From Acidobacteriota bacterium (lineage in GTDB: Bacteria; Acidobacteriota; Thermoanaerobaculia; Gp7-AA8): a stretch of 64,000 nucleotides of DNA. The stretch is taken from the NCBI GenBank assembly GCA_021781455.1, contig JAJXWV010000041.1, positions 75,484 through 139,483 on the forward strand, in the 5' to 3' direction. Numbering within the stretch: position 1 is the first letter of the stretch; the number at the start of each line of letters is the position of its first letter. Positions 1-10,986 of the stretch are shown here, one piece after another. Under the pieces are notes generated by a model. The model was not told the origin of the DNA and searched no databases. It saw only the letters and a program-made list of their open reading frames with translations. A program made the translations under genes and the position numbers.

Positions 1-91
1 AATGCACCCGCCAGAATTGTGGGGCCACGGCGAAGAGACTCGAGGCGAAAGTGAGAAAGACCGTGATCAGTAGCGCGGTACGGAAGCGCAT
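1..91 (-). CDS. 5' part of a secreted protein running off the window edge
   Basis: ATG at 91 gives MRFRTALLITVFLTFASSLFAVAPQFWRVH, a signal peptide; co-directional with and downstream of the S55 gene. Confidence 0.7.
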   Translation of the reverse strand, partial: MRFRTALLITVFLTFASSLFAVAPQFWRVH

Positions 92-101
92 GCACACCCT
101 T

Positions 102-179
102 CTGAGTGCTGAGTCCTGAGTGCTGGGTCCTGAGCGGTGTTCTCCACACTCAGGACTCAGGACTCAGGACTCAGGACTC
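102..179. repeat. Inverted heptamer array element (CTGAGTC/G ... GACTCAG)
   Basis: Left arm ctgagtgctgagtcctgagtgctgggtcctgag, right arm (ctcagga)n. Confidence 0.9.
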
Positions 180-184
180 TCTTT

Positions 185-1993
185 TCAGATTTTCGGTTTG
201 ATGTCGAGGTCGATCTTCAGCGCGCCGTCGACGATGTAGTCGAGCGAATGCGCCTGATGCGCGGCGGCGAAGTATTTCACCGGAGCCTGGGCGGAATTCG
301 AAGTGTCGCCGCTTACAACGGCATTCATCGTCGGCGGCAGCATCGGCAGATAGGCGCCAGCTGCGACCGCACCTTCGCCCGACGAGTACAGCCCCACGGT
401 CAGATCCGTCGAAGGGCGCAGCCTTTTCAGGACCGCCAGCACCTGTTCGAGCGTCCGCGGATCGGGCGGGACGAGCGAGAAGTCGACCTGGTTGAGCACC
501 GTGCCACTGCCGATCAGCAGATAGGCGCTCCCGGTCGACTGATTCTCCGGGATCTTCACGTCGAACGTCTCCACGAACGGATCGCCGCGGAACGGCTTGA
601 GCGTGGCCCGGACCTTCACCGTGTCGCCCGGCGAGATGCGGCCGTTGTCGGGCGGGATGAGCGAGGCGTCCATGAGCCTGGCGGTGCGAAGGTGGTCGTC
701 GTGATGGAGATGGAGCTTGATCCCTTCGATCCGCACGTCGCGGAACTCGTTGGACATCAGGTAGCCCGAGACCACGGCCAGGTACGCCGGGATGGCGCTG
801 CGCGCCTGAGCGCCCGCCCATCCTTCGCGAAGGTGGATCGGAGGGAAACCCTTCAGGTCGATTTCCGAGTCCATCATCACGGTCCGCTCGCCGGCTGCTT
901 TCTGGGCATTGGCAACGACCGTGTCGGCGGCCATGGCCAGGATCAGCGGCGAGAGCTGGGAATGGCGAACGACGTTGACGTGATAGGTCTTTTCGGGGCC
1001 CGATCCGTCGACGGTGAGAGTCACGGGAATCGTGTGCGCCTTCTTCCCCACCTCGCCCATGATGCCGCTGGAGCGGTCCTGCTCGATCTCGCCGATGACC
1101 GGACCGGTGTTGGCCACCTTGAACGAGCTGGCCAGGCTGGGCATCACCGTGACGATCTCGGACTCCGCCATCGGGAAGCTGATCTCGCCGATGTCGAGGA
1201 AGGGATGGCCGAATGCGTAGACGTGGTCGCCGTCGATGTGCGTGACGGTTCCGGTGGCCGCGACGGTGAAGTCGCCGTCGAGCAGCACGGCGGCGATGGA
1301 GTCGCCGGGGGCGAAGCCCTTGCCTGGGGCGGGCGTGGTCGTGGCGCCCGTCGACGTGACGCCGCTCGGCACCGCCACGAATCCCATCTGATCGAGGTAA
1401 CGCCCGAACCTCTGGACGGTTTCCGGAGCGAAGCTCGACAGCGAGAGAGGCACGGCAATCGGTTTCGCGCCGGAAAGTGTGCTCATCTCCGTCGCGCCGA
1501 AGCTCGTGGCGATCTTGTCGAACACGGCGTCCGGCTTCGCGCTGGCCATCGCCTCGAGGAACTCAGGCGCTGAGATGCGCGGAGTGGCCGCGGCGAGGAC
1601 CCCGGAGGGCGTGCCGGCGCTGGCGATCTTGAGCATCTCGTCGATCGGGGTGATGCCGGCGATGGGCTCCTTGGCGAACTGCCAGCCATAGGCCAGCGCA
1701 CCGATGACCTTGCCGTCGATGTAGATCGGCGATCCGCTCATTCCGGCGATCACGCCGGAGCGCCGGACCTCGGGCGAGTCGACCTTGGCCAGGATGATGT
1801 TCTGGTCCGGGCCGATGTTGCGGAGGACGCCGATGATCTCGACATCGAAGCGCACCACCTTACTGCCTTCGAAGACGGTCAGGCCGTAGCCCTTCATGCC
1901 CTTCCGCACCTGCGAGAGGGGCATGGTCGAATCGGCCGTTGCGGCTGTGGCGATCAGGAAGAGGGCACAGATTGTCGGGATGAGCTTGCGCAC
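185..1993 (-). CDS. SpoIVB peptidase S55 domain protein, secreted
   Basis: GVIAGMSGSPIYIDGKVIGALAYG, GIT(P)IDEM and AFGHPF motifs; probable GTG start at 1993 ahead of a signal peptide. Confidence 0.88.
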   Translation of the reverse strand: MRKLIPTICALFLIATAATADSTMPLSQVRKGMKGYGLTVFEGSKVVRFDVEIIGVLRNIGPDQNIILAKVDSPEVRRSGVIAGMSGSPIYIDGKVIGALAYGWQFAKEPIAGITPIDEMLKIASAGTPSGVLAAATPRISAPEFLEAMASAKPDAVFDKIATSFGATEMSTLSGAKPIAVPLSLSSFAPETVQRFGRYLDQMGFVAVPSGVTSTGATTTPAPGKGFAPGDSIAAVLLDGDFTVAATGTVTHIDGDHVYAFGHPFLDIGEISFPMAESEIVTVMPSLASSFKVANTGPVIGEIEQDRSSGIMGEVGKKAHTIPVTLTVDGSGPEKTYHVNVVRHSQLSPLILAMAADTVVANAQKAAGERTVMMDSEIDLKGFPPIHLREGWAGAQARSAIPAYLAVVSGYLMSNEFRDVRIEGIKLHLHHDDHLRTARLMDASLIPPDNGRISPGDTVKVRATLKPFRGDPFVETFDVKIPENQSTGSAYLLIGSGTVLNQVDFSLVPPDPRTLEQVLAVLKRLRPSTDLTVGLYSSGEGAVAAGAYLPMLPPTMNAVVSGDTSNSAQAPVKYFAAAHQAHSLDYIVDGALKIDLDIKPKI

Positions 1994-2139
1994 GGAAGGA
2001 TCAACAGGTGCTCGAGAACGCGCGATTCCCGCCCGTTCCGTCGGCGTTCTGCGCATGGTGTCTTTCTCTCCACGGCGGACGGGAAGCATAACGGCTGCCC
2101 AGGGAACCGCGTCCGGCATCGAGCCGGACCGAAGCCGCC

Positions 2140-2182
2140 GGGCTGGAAGGCCGCTGGCCGGCGGGCAGGATGCCCGCACTCC
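2140..2182. repeat. REP-like palindrome (GCGGGCAGGATGCCCGCACTCC family)
   Basis: Related to the copies at 59245-59292. Confidence 0.6.
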
Positions 2183-3406
2183 TCACTCGTAGCGGAGCGC
2201 TTCGATCGGGTCGAGCTTGGAGGCTTTGGCGGCTGGATAGATTCCGAAAAGAATGCCGAGAAAAGCGCAGAAGCCGAAGGCCAGGGCGATCGCCCAGATG
2301 GGCGTGTGCACCGGAGGCAGCTCGACGAACTTCTTCAGACCGAACCGGGCAGCTGTTGCCAGGCCGTAACCGCCGGCCACGCCAATGACGCCGCCGAGGG
2401 CCGAGAGGGCGATGGCTTCGATGAGGAACTGCACGAGCACGTCGCGCCGACGCGCCCCGATCGACTTGCGGATTCCGATCTCCCGGGTCCGTTCGGTGAC
2501 CGAGACCAGCATGATGTTCATGATCCCGATGCCGCCGACGAGCAGCGCGATGCCGACCACTGCGGCCATGATCAGCGTGATGTTCAGCAGCACGGTCGAG
2601 ATCGTCTTCATCAGCTCTTCCTGAGCGATGATGCGGAAATCGTTGGGATCGCCTTTCTTGAGGTGATGGCGGGCGCGAAGCACCTCGGTGACCTGCTCGC
2701 GCGCCAGATCGAGATCGCTGCCGGGGCGCATCTGGAACGCCAGCACGAGCTTGCGCATGTTCTCGCTCCCGAAGATCACCGTGGCGGTGGAGAACGGGAT
2801 CAGGACGATGTCGTCCTGGTTGTTTCCGAACGTGCCACCCTTCTTCTCCATGATTCCCACCACCGTGAAGGTGGTGTTATTGATCTGGATGAGCTTGCCG
2901 ATCGGATTGGTGCCGAGCTTGAGCTTCTCCACGACGTCCAGCCCGATCGTGCAGACGTCTTTGCGGCCATCCTGGTCGATGGGTGTGAAGAAGCGTCCGT
3001 GCTCGACCCAGTGGTTGACGATCTCCTGGTAGACGTCGCTGACCGCATACAACTGCACCTGGTGATGAGCGTCGCCGTACTTGAGCGAGGCGTTGGCGAT
3101 GTAGATGGGGGTGAACTCGCCGATGGCCGTCGTGGCGCGGCGCACGGCATTGGCGTCGTCGATGGTGAGGTCGGGCAGTTTCTGCAGAAACGGGTTCCGC
3201 TGCTCGCCGGGATCGGGATAGACCTCGATGAAGTTCGATCCGATGCCCTGCAGGTTCTGGGAGATGTTGTACTGCATTCCCTGGACGAGCGAAACGACGG
3301 CGATGACCGAAGCCACCCCGATCATGATGCCGAGCACGGTCAGGATCGAGCGGAGCTTGCTGGCCCAGATGGCACGCAGGGCGATCTTTATGTTTTCGAG
3401 GAGCAT
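2183..3406 (-). CDS. MacB/FtsX-like ABC permease
   Basis: RSILTVLGIMIGVASVI, VGGIGIMNIMLVSVTERTREIGIRK, LDPIEALRYE; ATG at 3406. Confidence 0.95.
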   Translation of the reverse strand: MLLENIKIALRAIWASKLRSILTVLGIMIGVASVIAVVSLVQGMQYNISQNLQGIGSNFIEVYPDPGEQRNPFLQKLPDLTIDDANAVRRATTAIGEFTPIYIANASLKYGDAHHQVQLYAVSDVYQEIVNHWVEHGRFFTPIDQDGRKDVCTIGLDVVEKLKLGTNPIGKLIQINNTTFTVVGIMEKKGGTFGNNQDDIVLIPFSTATVIFGSENMRKLVLAFQMRPGSDLDLAREQVTEVLRARHHLKKGDPNDFRIIAQEELMKTISTVLLNITLIMAAVVGIALLVGGIGIMNIMLVSVTERTREIGIRKSIGARRRDVLVQFLIEAIALSALGGVIGVAGGYGLATAARFGLKKFVELPPVHTPIWAIALAFGFCAFLGILFGIYPAAKASKLDPIEALRYE

Positions 3407-3410
3407 CTTT

Positions 3411-3818
3411 TTAGTGCTGAGTACTGAGTGCTGAGTACTGAGTGTGATTGCGCGGGCCTGCAATCGAGGCCCGTAAACCGCCGATGATCCGGCCAACTTC
3501 TTCAGCTCGTTCGAGGAGCACTTTCAGCGCCGGTTCGCTGATGTAGTCGACATCGAAGGCAATGTAGAGCTGTGTTCTCAGCTCGGCACAGGAGCCCTTC
3601 GCCACCGAAAGGAACTGGTGAAATTCCGAGCGGCGTGCGCGCTCGAATCCCTCCGCGATATTGGAAGGAATGGAGACGGCTGCTCGCCGAATCTGATCCT
3701 GCAAAGAACGGTCAGTCCAGAACGGCCTGCGGCGAGTGACGACGTAGACATCGCGCACGAGCGTTCGGGCCTTTTGCCATGCGATGAGATCCTCGAAGCG
3801 ATCAACTCGTTTTGCCAT
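3411..3818 (-). CDS. Four-helix-bundle protein (23S rRNA IVS protein / TIGR02436-like family)
   Basis: FEDLIAWQKA, LQDQIRRAAVSIPSNIAEGFER, FLSVAKGSCAELRTQL. Confidence 0.93.
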   Translation of the reverse strand: MAKRVDRFEDLIAWQKARTLVRDVYVVTRRRPFWTDRSLQDQIRRAAVSIPSNIAEGFERARRSEFHQFLSVAKGSCAELRTQLYIAFDVDYISEPALKVLLERAEEVGRIIGGLRASIAGPRNHTQYSALSTQH

Positions 3819-3942
3819 GAGTTGATTGTCCCTCGGTCTACGAGAATCGGCGAAAACTCTACCCCGCGAAGACTCACTCAGTACTCAGCACTCAGTACTC
3901 AGCACTCAGTACTCAGCACTCAGTACTCAGTACTCGGCTCAG
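3413..3942. mobile_element. Putative cassette: inverted heptamer arrays enclosing the four-helix-bundle gene
   Basis: Left arm 3413-3444 (CTGAGTA/CTGAGTG)n; right arm 3876-3942 (CTCAGTA/CTCAGCA)n; lies between ABC ATPase and permease. Confidence 0.6.
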
Positions 3943-4631
3943 ACGATCTTCCCATCCCGAATGTGGATGATCCTCTTCGCTTCGTGGGCCACGTCGTCTT
4001 CGTGGGTGACCATGATGATCGAGTTCCCGCGGTTGTGGAGCTCGCGGAAGAGGTCGAGGATCTCGCGGCCCGTCTTGGAATCGAGGTTTCCGGTGGGCTC
4101 GTCCGCCAGCAGCAACGACGGGCGATTGACGAGAGCTCGGGCGATGGCCACGCGCTGGCGCTGACCGCCGGAGAGCTCGTTCGGCTGGTGGTTCATGCGT
4201 TCGCGCAGGCCGACCGCCGCCAGAGCCTCTTCGGCCAGATCGCGGCGCTCGTGACGCGGGATTTTGGCGTAGATCAGCGGAAGCTCCACGTTCTGCAGGG
4301 CCGTCGTGCGCGGCAGGAGATTGAAGGTCTGGAAGACGAACCCGATCTTCTTGTTGCGGATCGCCGCCAGCTCGTCGTCGTCCATCGACTCCACGGGCGT
4401 GCCGTCGAGCAGGTACTTCCCGTCGGTGGGCCGGTCGAGGCAACCGATGATGTTCATCAGCGTCGATTTTCCGGAGCCTGACGGACCCATGATGGCCACG
4501 TACTCGCCGTTCTCGATGATCAGGTCGACGCCGCTGAGGGCATAGATCTGCTGCGGACCGAGCTCGTACACGCGCTTCAGCCCGTGCATCTCGATCAGGT
4601 TCGCCGGAGCCGATTCTGCGACAGCGCTCAT
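3939..4631 (-). CDS. ABC transporter ATP-binding protein (LolD/MacB-like)
   Basis: [32 protein letters not shown]. Confidence 0.97.
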   Translation of the reverse strand: MSAVAESAPANLIEMHGLKRVYELGPQQIYALSGVDLIIENGEYVAIMGPSGSGKSTLMNIIGCLDRPTDGKYLLDGTPVESMDDDELAAIRNKKIGFVFQTFNLLPRTTALQNVELPLIYAKIPRHERRDLAEEALAAVGLRERMNHQPNELSGGQRQRVAIARALVNRPSLLLADEPTGNLDSKTGREILDLFRELHNRGNSIIMVTHEDDVAHEAKRIIHIRDGKIV

Positions 4632-5857
4632 GATTGGGTGGTTTCCTTCGTCGTGGTGTTTTCTTTCGTGATCTCGACGGCATCGCCGTCGTGCAGCTTC
4701 TTGAGCGTGCGGAACGGGCCGGTCACGATGGAATCGCCGCTCTTGATGCCGGAGGTGATGGCCACGTGCGTGGCATCGCTGATTCCGGTCTGCACCTCGA
4801 CCATACGAACTTTCCCGTCGTTCACCACAAATACGTACTTTTTCCGGGGAAGATTCTCGTCCGAGGAGTCTTCTTCACCTTTTTTTGCTCCCGGGACGCG
4901 CTCGACGACGCTTTGGATCGGCACCGACACCGTGTTCGGGGCCACGTTGGTCACGATCGAGACCTGGGAGCTCATACCCGGCCGGAGGCGGTCGTCGGGG
5001 TTGTCGATCAGCACCTTGACGGTGAAGTAGCGCACGCCGCTGCCGGCGCTCTGGCGGATGTTCGCGGAGCTGCCGATCTCGCTGACGTGTCCCGAGTATT
5101 CCTTGTCCGGCACGGCGTCCACGTGAATTCTGCCGGCCTGGCCGACGCGGATCCCGACGATGTCGGTCTCCCCCACCTCGGCGTTAACCAGGATCTGCGA
5201 GAGATCGGCGATGACGGCGATGACCGAGCCGGGATTGTTCATCGTGCCGGTGATCACCACTTCACCCTCGCGGGCGCTGAGCTGGACCACCTTGCCGTCG
5301 ATCGGCGAGCTGATGGTGGTGTGGGAAAGGTCGGTCTCGGCCTGCACGAGCGCGTCCCGGGCCTGACGTACCCCCTGCTCGGCCGAGCTGTATCCGGCGC
5401 GGGCATTGTCGTAGGCCAGTTTGGCCTGGTCGAACAGCTCCTGCGAGTTGATGCCCTGCTTCTGAAGGTTCACGGCGCGGTCATAGGCGAGTTTGGCGGT
5501 GGCGAGTGCCACGCGGCTGCGCTCCACTTCGATGCGACCGTTCTCGACCATCGATCGCATGCGGTCGCGCGCCGCGACGAACGAGGCGCGCTCGAGATCG
5601 ACGAGCTTCTGCCCCTTCTTCACGTAATCGCCTTCGTTGAAGTAGAGCTTCTCGATCTTGCCGATCACGTAGGCGCTGATGTTGACCTGCAGCTTCGGGT
5701 CGATCTCGCCGGGCGCGGTGACCACGGCCTCGATCTTCCGAGGCACGGCCTTCTCGGCGTAGACCTTTTCGGCGTTGCCGCCTCCGCTGCGGATGCTGAA
5801 ATAAACGATCGCGCCAATGAGGACGACGGCCGCCGCGATGATCAGCGGTCGCTTCAC
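4628..5857 (-). CDS. Efflux periplasmic adaptor (MacA/HlyD-like)
   Basis: N-terminal TM, coiled-coil hairpin, [22 protein letters not shown] start overlaps the upstream stop. Confidence 0.92.
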   Translation of the reverse strand: MKRPLIIAAAVVLIGAIVYFSIRSGGGNAEKVYAEKAVPRKIEAVVTAPGEIDPKLQVNISAYVIGKIEKLYFNEGDYVKKGQKLVDLERASFVAARDRMRSMVENGRIEVERSRVALATAKLAYDRAVNLQKQGINSQELFDQAKLAYDNARAGYSSAEQGVRQARDALVQAETDLSHTTISSPIDGKVVQLSAREGEVVITGTMNNPGSVIAVIADLSQILVNAEVGETDIVGIRVGQAGRIHVDAVPDKEYSGHVSEIGSSANIRQSAGSGVRYFTVKVLIDNPDDRLRPGMSSQVSIVTNVAPNTVSVPIQSVVERVPGAKKGEEDSSDENLPRKKYVFVVNDGKVRMVEVQTGISDATHVAITSGIKSGDSIVTGPFRTLKKLHDGDAVEITKENTTTKETTQS

Positions 5858-6615
5858 TTCATCCTCGACGCCTGCAACACCGCGAAGGCCACCTTGACGG
5901 CTACCGCGAGCACCCACAGCGAGATCACGATCGTCGCCGACTTGCTCCTGGACAGCTTCGACATCGCCGCGTAGCCGATGATGAGCAGCACGAGGGCCCA
6001 GATCGTGAAGATGTCCAGTGAGCCGAGGAGCGCCGCCTGGACGGGCTGCAGCCTGTGATCGACGAGGAAGGAAAGGTTCGAGCGGACGGGATTGCTGAGA
6101 TCCCACGCCGTGAGGTCCCTCCGGTTCAGAAGAACGATTGTGGCCACGGCGGCGTGGAGCAGGAGCGGGTACCAGCCGTAAACCAGAATCGAGAAGGCCT
6201 GCTTGTAGTCGCCTTCTCCTCCAAAAAGCCGGAAGGCGATGAGGAAGATGCCCGCCACGATGGCCAGAACGATCAGCTGCAGAACGGGGGACGCGTACGT
6301 GGCGGCCTTGGCGACGGCCGCCCCGAAGCGGACGGCGCGTGCCATCTGGTCGGGCGTCATCTCCGACGCCCGTGGCGACTGTTGGATGCTGTCGCGCGTG
6401 ATGGATGCGAAATCGATGTGCCGGACAAGCAGCACGTTCGCCGTCAGCGAGATGGCGATCAGGATCAGCAGCGGGACGAGGATGTCGGGCCGGCGCGCGA
6501 TCGATTCGAGCGTCTCCACGGGCGAGAAGAACACGCCCATGATCCGCTGAAAAGAGTTGACCTTCGTCCCGGCCGCATTTGGCTGCGGGGCAACCGGCTC
6601 GACGTCTGCCGTCAT
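5854..6615 (-). CDS. Yip1-family membrane protein
   Basis: FFSPVETLESIARRP, multiple TM helices, LDIFTIW; typical operon position. Confidence 0.8.
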   Translation of the reverse strand: MTADVEPVAPQPNAAGTKVNSFQRIMGVFFSPVETLESIARRPDILVPLLILIAISLTANVLLVRHIDFASITRDSIQQSPRASEMTPDQMARAVRFGAAVAKAATYASPVLQLIVLAIVAGIFLIAFRLFGGEGDYKQAFSILVYGWYPLLLHAAVATIVLLNRRDLTAWDLSNPVRSNLSFLVDHRLQPVQAALLGSLDIFTIWALVLLIIGYAAMSKLSRSKSATIVISLWVLAVAVKVAFAVLQASRMK

Positions 6616-6616
6616 C

Positions 6617-8326
6617 TCATTGTCCGCCTTCCAGATGGGCGTGACTTGCGTAGTTCAGCCAATTGTATCGGTCCCAACTCGAGAAGATGTGCGGCTCGTC
6701 GACCGGCGCAACGTCGGTCTTGATGCCCTGAACGTCGAGCAGATCGCCGACCTGGCGGTGATAAGCGGCCACGGCCTTGTTGTACCCGACGAGGGCCTGA
6801 AGCTCGTTCGCGCGTGCGGTCGAGAGCTGCTGCTGGATCTGCAGCACTTCGAAGTTCGTGGCCATGCCGTTCTCGTAGCGCTTGCGCTCGGCGGCCAGGT
6901 TCTCCTCGGCCGCCTCGCGCGCGGTGCGCGTCGCCGAGATCTGGCGCGCGGTCGTGTCGATGGCCCGGGCCGTCTGCCGGACGGCCGTGGCGATCGTCTG
7001 CCGGGTCTGGTCCTCGCTGACGCGCGATTCTTCCCAGTCCAGCCGCGAGCGCCTCGCTTCCGCTTTTGCGGCAATGTTGAGGATCGGCATGCCGACGTTG
7101 AACCCCACCGTCCATGCCGGAAAGTCAATGCCGGCAACCTGCGAGAGTGCGTGCGTGTACCCGGTGGTCAGGGTCTGGCCAGTGGGCTGTCCGGTCACGG
7201 GATCGTTCAGGAACTCCGTTCCCGCGAGACCGGAGGCCGAGTAGTTTGCGACGAAGTCGACCCGCGGCAGGACCTGGTTCTTCGCGTAGAGGTACTGAAC
7301 CCGCTTGTTCGCCGTGCCCAGCTGCGTTTCCTTCAGCTCCGGACGGAGATCGTAGGCGCGGGCGACCGCCTGCGCGACATCGACCGTCATCGGAGTGTAG
7401 GTGACGTTGTCGGTAGGGATGATTGGCCGGCCCCAGTCGCCAGGAGCCAGATTCAACAATGCGCGCAGGCGATCCTCTGCATCGCGAACTGCCGCGACCG
7501 CGTTGATCAGGTCTTCTTCGGTCGTGGCGATCTGCACTCGCGGCTGGAGGATGTCCAGCGGCGCAGAGGCGCCCACATTGATCCGGATCTGGGTGATGCG
7601 GGCCTGGTCTCTAGCCAGGAACACCGCCTCCTTCGCCACGTCGACGAACCGCCGCGCGTAGACGAGATCGAGATAGGCCTGCTCGGTCGCGGAAACCGTG
7701 TCCATCAACATGCCCCGGAACGCCTCGCGGCTGATCCCGAGGTTGTTGCGCGCGATCGTGATGCCGCGGCGCGTGATGTCCACGCCGAAGTTCCGCAGCA
7801 ACGGCTGCGTGAACTGGAAGTTCAGCGAGCTGGTGATCGAGGGGTTCACCGTGCTGAATCGGTTGTTCGATCGGTTCCACGCATTCGAAAAGCCGACGCT
7901 ATACGAACCGCCCGTCGGGATCTCCTGCGAGACAGCCGCGTTGGCCACCGTCGCGCTGCTCGATGAAGACTGCACCTGCGACGCGACGGCAGACTTCGTG
8001 CTCGACCGCTGCAGCAATCCGCTGCCCAGCCAGTCGAAGATGCCGTGCGACTCGATGAGGAGCTGGCCGGATTTGTCGTACTCGTACTTCTGCAGGTCGA
8101 CGCCGAGGTTCTGGCGCACCGACGTGTCGATGGCGTCATTCATCGAGAGTTTGATCGCCTGCGGATTGTTGATGTCCTGGTCGGTGTCGGCCGTGACCGG
8201 CGGGGTCTCGCGCGGCACCTCGACCGTGGTGGTCGTTGCGGTAGTCGTCGTCGGCGGCGTCTGCGCAGCCAGAGTTCCGGCCGTAACGGCACAGACGATG
8301 ATCAGCAACCGTCGAAACGCGGTCAT
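6617..8326 (-). CDS. TolC-family outer membrane efflux protein
   Basis: Signal peptide, FTQPLLRNFG, ERKRYENGMATNFEVLQ; GGAGG RBS before ATG 8326. Confidence 0.92.
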   Translation of the reverse strand: MTAFRRLLIIVCAVTAGTLAAQTPPTTTTATTTTVEVPRETPPVTADTDQDINNPQAIKLSMNDAIDTSVRQNLGVDLQKYEYDKSGQLLIESHGIFDWLGSGLLQRSSTKSAVASQVQSSSSSATVANAAVSQEIPTGGSYSVGFSNAWNRSNNRFSTVNPSITSSLNFQFTQPLLRNFGVDITRRGITIARNNLGISREAFRGMLMDTVSATEQAYLDLVYARRFVDVAKEAVFLARDQARITQIRINVGASAPLDILQPRVQIATTEEDLINAVAAVRDAEDRLRALLNLAPGDWGRPIIPTDNVTYTPMTVDVAQAVARAYDLRPELKETQLGTANKRVQYLYAKNQVLPRVDFVANYSASGLAGTEFLNDPVTGQPTGQTLTTGYTHALSQVAGIDFPAWTVGFNVGMPILNIAAKAEARRSRLDWEESRVSEDQTRQTIATAVRQTARAIDTTARQISATRTAREAAEENLAAERKRYENGMATNFEVLQIQQQLSTARANELQALVGYNKAVAAYHRQVGDLLDVQGIKTDVAPVDEPHIFSSWDRYNWLNYASHAHLEGGQ

Positions 8327-8543
8327 GTTGTAAGTCCTCCTAGACACGCCTCTTGTACGTAAGGCTCAGGGTGAGAGTTTCGAGAGTCGAAGGGGCGGCC
8401 GATTCGAGCGTGCATTGTACCGGCAGCATCCGATTTCAGTACGACACGGGATGGAAAACGTGGAACGGGCGTTCAACGCCGCCCAAAGTGATGACTTCCC
8501 GCCGCTTCCGCGGTTGCGCCGCGTAGGCCCAGGCGCTTCGCGC

Positions 8544-9725
8544 TCAGGCGGGCGCGGCAATCCCTTCTGGATCGACGGCCCGCGCGGTCTCCGGGATCGG
8601 ATCGCCGGCGAAGTGACATGCAGCGAACTGACCAGGGCCGTACCCGACCAGAGGCGGAACCTGGTCGTGGCAGATCGGGAACTGCGCGATCGGACAGCGG
8701 GTGTGGAAGACGCAGCCGCTGGGCGGATTGATCGGCGTCGGGATGTCGCCCTTGAGCAGGATCCGCTTCTTCTTCACGGTCGGATCGGGCACCGGCACAG
8801 CGGACAGCAGCGCCTTTGTGTACGGGTGCAGCGGATTCTCGTACAGGGCCTCGCGGCCGGCGATCTCCATGATCTTGCCGAGGTACATCACGGCCACGCG
8901 CGTGGAGATGTGCTCGACGACCGAGAGATCGTGGGCGATGAAGAGGTACGTCAGACCTAACTCCTCCTGCAGATCCTGGAGAAGGTTGACGACCTGCGCC
9001 TGCACTGAGACGTCGAGCGCGGAGACGGGCTCGTCGAGCACGAGAAACTTCGGATTGGTGGCCAGGGCCCGGGCCACGCCGACCCGTTGCCTCTGACCGC
9101 CTGAGAACTCGTGTGGATAGCGCCTGCGATATTCCGGCTGCAGCCCCACGCGCTCCAGCAGTTGCGCGACACGCTCGTCGCGCTGGGAGCCGTTCATCCC
9201 GCCGTGGATGATCAACGGCTCGGCGATGATCGTTCCCACGGTCATGCGCGGGTTCAGCGACGCGTACGGGTCCTGAAAGACGATCTGCATGTCGCGGCGC
9301 AGGCGGCGCATGCCGCCCGAGTCGAGCGCGATCACGTTCGTGCCCTCGAACTCGATCGTGCCGGACGTCGGCTCGATGAGCCGCAGGATGCAGCGGCCGA
9401 CGGTGGTCTTGCCCGATCCTGACTCGCCCACGAGGCCGAGAGTCTCGCCATGGCCGACTCCGAAGCTCACGCCGTCGACGGCCTTCACCTGTGCCACGGT
9501 CCGGGCAAGCACTCCCCGCTTCACCGGAAAGTATTTCGTCAGGTCACGGACGATCAGCAGCTGCTCGTGGTTTCCCGCCGGGAGGACCGGCGCGGTCTGA
9601 GACTGCGATCGCTCGCGTGGGTCATGCGGCTTTGGGCCGGCCGGCATGTCGCCTGCCGATCCCGCGCGCGCGGGCGCGGAGCCGTCGCCGAAGAAGGGAC
9701 GATCCTTCGCGTCAGGCACGGCCAC
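8544..9725 (-). CDS. oppF: Oligopeptide ABC ATP-binding protein (OppF/AppF)
   Basis: [42 protein letters not shown]. Confidence 0.92.
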   Translation of the reverse strand: MAVPDAKDRPFFGDGSAPARAGSAGDMPAGPKPHDPRERSQSQTAPVLPAGNHEQLLIVRDLTKYFPVKRGVLARTVAQVKAVDGVSFGVGHGETLGLVGESGSGKTTVGRCILRLIEPTSGTIEFEGTNVIALDSGGMRRLRRDMQIVFQDPYASLNPRMTVGTIIAEPLIIHGGMNGSQRDERVAQLLERVGLQPEYRRRYPHEFSGGQRQRVGVARALATNPKFLVLDEPVSALDVSVQAQVVNLLQDLQEELGLTYLFIAHDLSVVEHISTRVAVMYLGKIMEIAGREALYENPLHPYTKALLSAVPVPDPTVKKKRILLKGDIPTPINPPSGCVFHTRCPIAQFPICHDQVPPLVGYGPGQFAACHFAGDPIPETARAVDPEGIAAPA

Positions 9726-9752
9726 CGCCCTCCCGAATGTTCAACATCTTTC

Positions 9753-10889
9753 TCATGAGCCCATGCGCTCCGGATCCGCCTCGTCCCCATGCAGATAGCA
9801 CCTCGCGATGTGCCCCTCCCCGACCGCCATCAGGGCCGGTTCATTTCCGAGGCAGATCTCCATCACGTCCGGACAGCGGGGGTTGAACTTGCAGCCGCGC
9901 GGGAGCGCGTCGATCGGAGGCACCATGCCCTTGATGGTCGGCAGCCTTCCCGACGGGGGGTTGTAGCTGGAATCGGCTTCGGCTGCGGTTCCGGACACCT
10001 CGCCCTTTGCCATGCTGGGCAGAGACCTCAGAAGTCCGCGCGTGTACGGGTGGGCCGGACTGGCGAATAGATCGCCGACGGTCGCTTCCTCGACGACGCG
10101 TCCCGTGTACATCACGATCACCCGGCTGCAGAACTCCGCCACCACGCCGAGGTCGTGCGTGATCAGCAGAATGGCCAGCCCGAGCCTGCGCTGAAGCCGC
10201 GCCAGCAGCTCCATGATCTGAGCCTGGATCGTGACGTCGAGCGCGGTGGTCGGCTCGTCCGCGATCAGCAGCTCCGGATCGCAGGAGAGTGCCATGGCGA
10301 TCATGACGCGCTGTCGCATGCCGCCGGAGAGCTGGTGCGGGTAGTCGTCGAGCCGCTTGATCGGGTCGGGAATCGAGACCAGATCGAGCATCTCCCCCGC
10401 CATCCGCCACGCTTCTTTCCTCGACACCTTCTTGTGGATGCGAATCGCCTCGGCCACCTGCGTGCCGATCTTGAACACCGGATTGAGCGACGTCATCGGC
10501 TCCTGGAAAACCATGGCGATGTCGTTGCCGCGCACTTTCCGCATGTCGCGCTCGGACAGCTCGGCGAGGTTGCGGCCGCGAAAGCGAACCTCGCCGCCGG
10601 TGATCTTCCCGGGAGAAGCGACGAGGCGCATGATCGACATCGCGGTGACGCTCTTGCCGCATCCCGACTCGCCGACCAGCGCCACGGCCTCACCCCGCCG
10701 CACGTGGAAGGAGACGCCGTCGACGGCGTGGACGCCGCCTCCGGAAGAGAGGAACGTCGTGCGCAGATTCCGGACATCGAGGAGCGCCTCGTCAGGAGTC
10801 GTATCGAGATCCGCAATTCGCGAACCCGGCATTCCGACGGGCTGACTCGATGTCGGTGGTGCGGCCGTCACGGTCGCGGATGGTAGCAA
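9753..10889 (-). CDS. oppD: Oligopeptide ABC ATP-binding protein (OppD/AppD)
   Basis: [37 protein letters not shown]; exact start uncertain. Confidence 0.92.
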   Translation of the reverse strand: MLPSATVTAAPPTSSQPVGMPGSRIADLDTTPDEALLDVRNLRTTFLSSGGGVHAVDGVSFHVRRGEAVALVGESGCGKSVTAMSIMRLVASPGKITGGEVRFRGRNLAELSERDMRKVRGNDIAMVFQEPMTSLNPVFKIGTQVAEAIRIHKKVSRKEAWRMAGEMLDLVSIPDPIKRLDDYPHQLSGGMRQRVMIAMALSCDPELLIADEPTTALDVTIQAQIMELLARLQRRLGLAILLITHDLGVVAEFCSRVIVMYTGRVVEEATVGDLFASPAHPYTRGLLRSLPSMAKGEVSGTAAEADSSYNPPSGRLPTIKGMVPPIDALPRGCKFNPRCPDVMEICLGNEPALMAVGEGHIARCYLHGDEADPERMGS

Positions 10890-10986
10890 GAACGGTGCTG
10901 GTCGAGCTCATCGCGGCGCAGTGAGGAATCAGCGCATCGAAGGAAACCGGCCAGGATTCGCTCCGCCGATCCTCGTACACCCGGCA

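Noticed and set aside
137..1573. Long antisense and alternate-frame ORFs (this one, 6557-7966, 17925-19418, 38308-40020, 47402-49093, 50767-52470 and others)
   Set aside because: Shadows of real high-GC genes; Arg/Ala/Gly-rich with no recognisable motifs.
3411..3942. Diversity-generating retroelement (Avd-like gene)
   Set aside because: No reverse transcriptase and no TR/VR pair with adenine-specific mismatches seen in the window.
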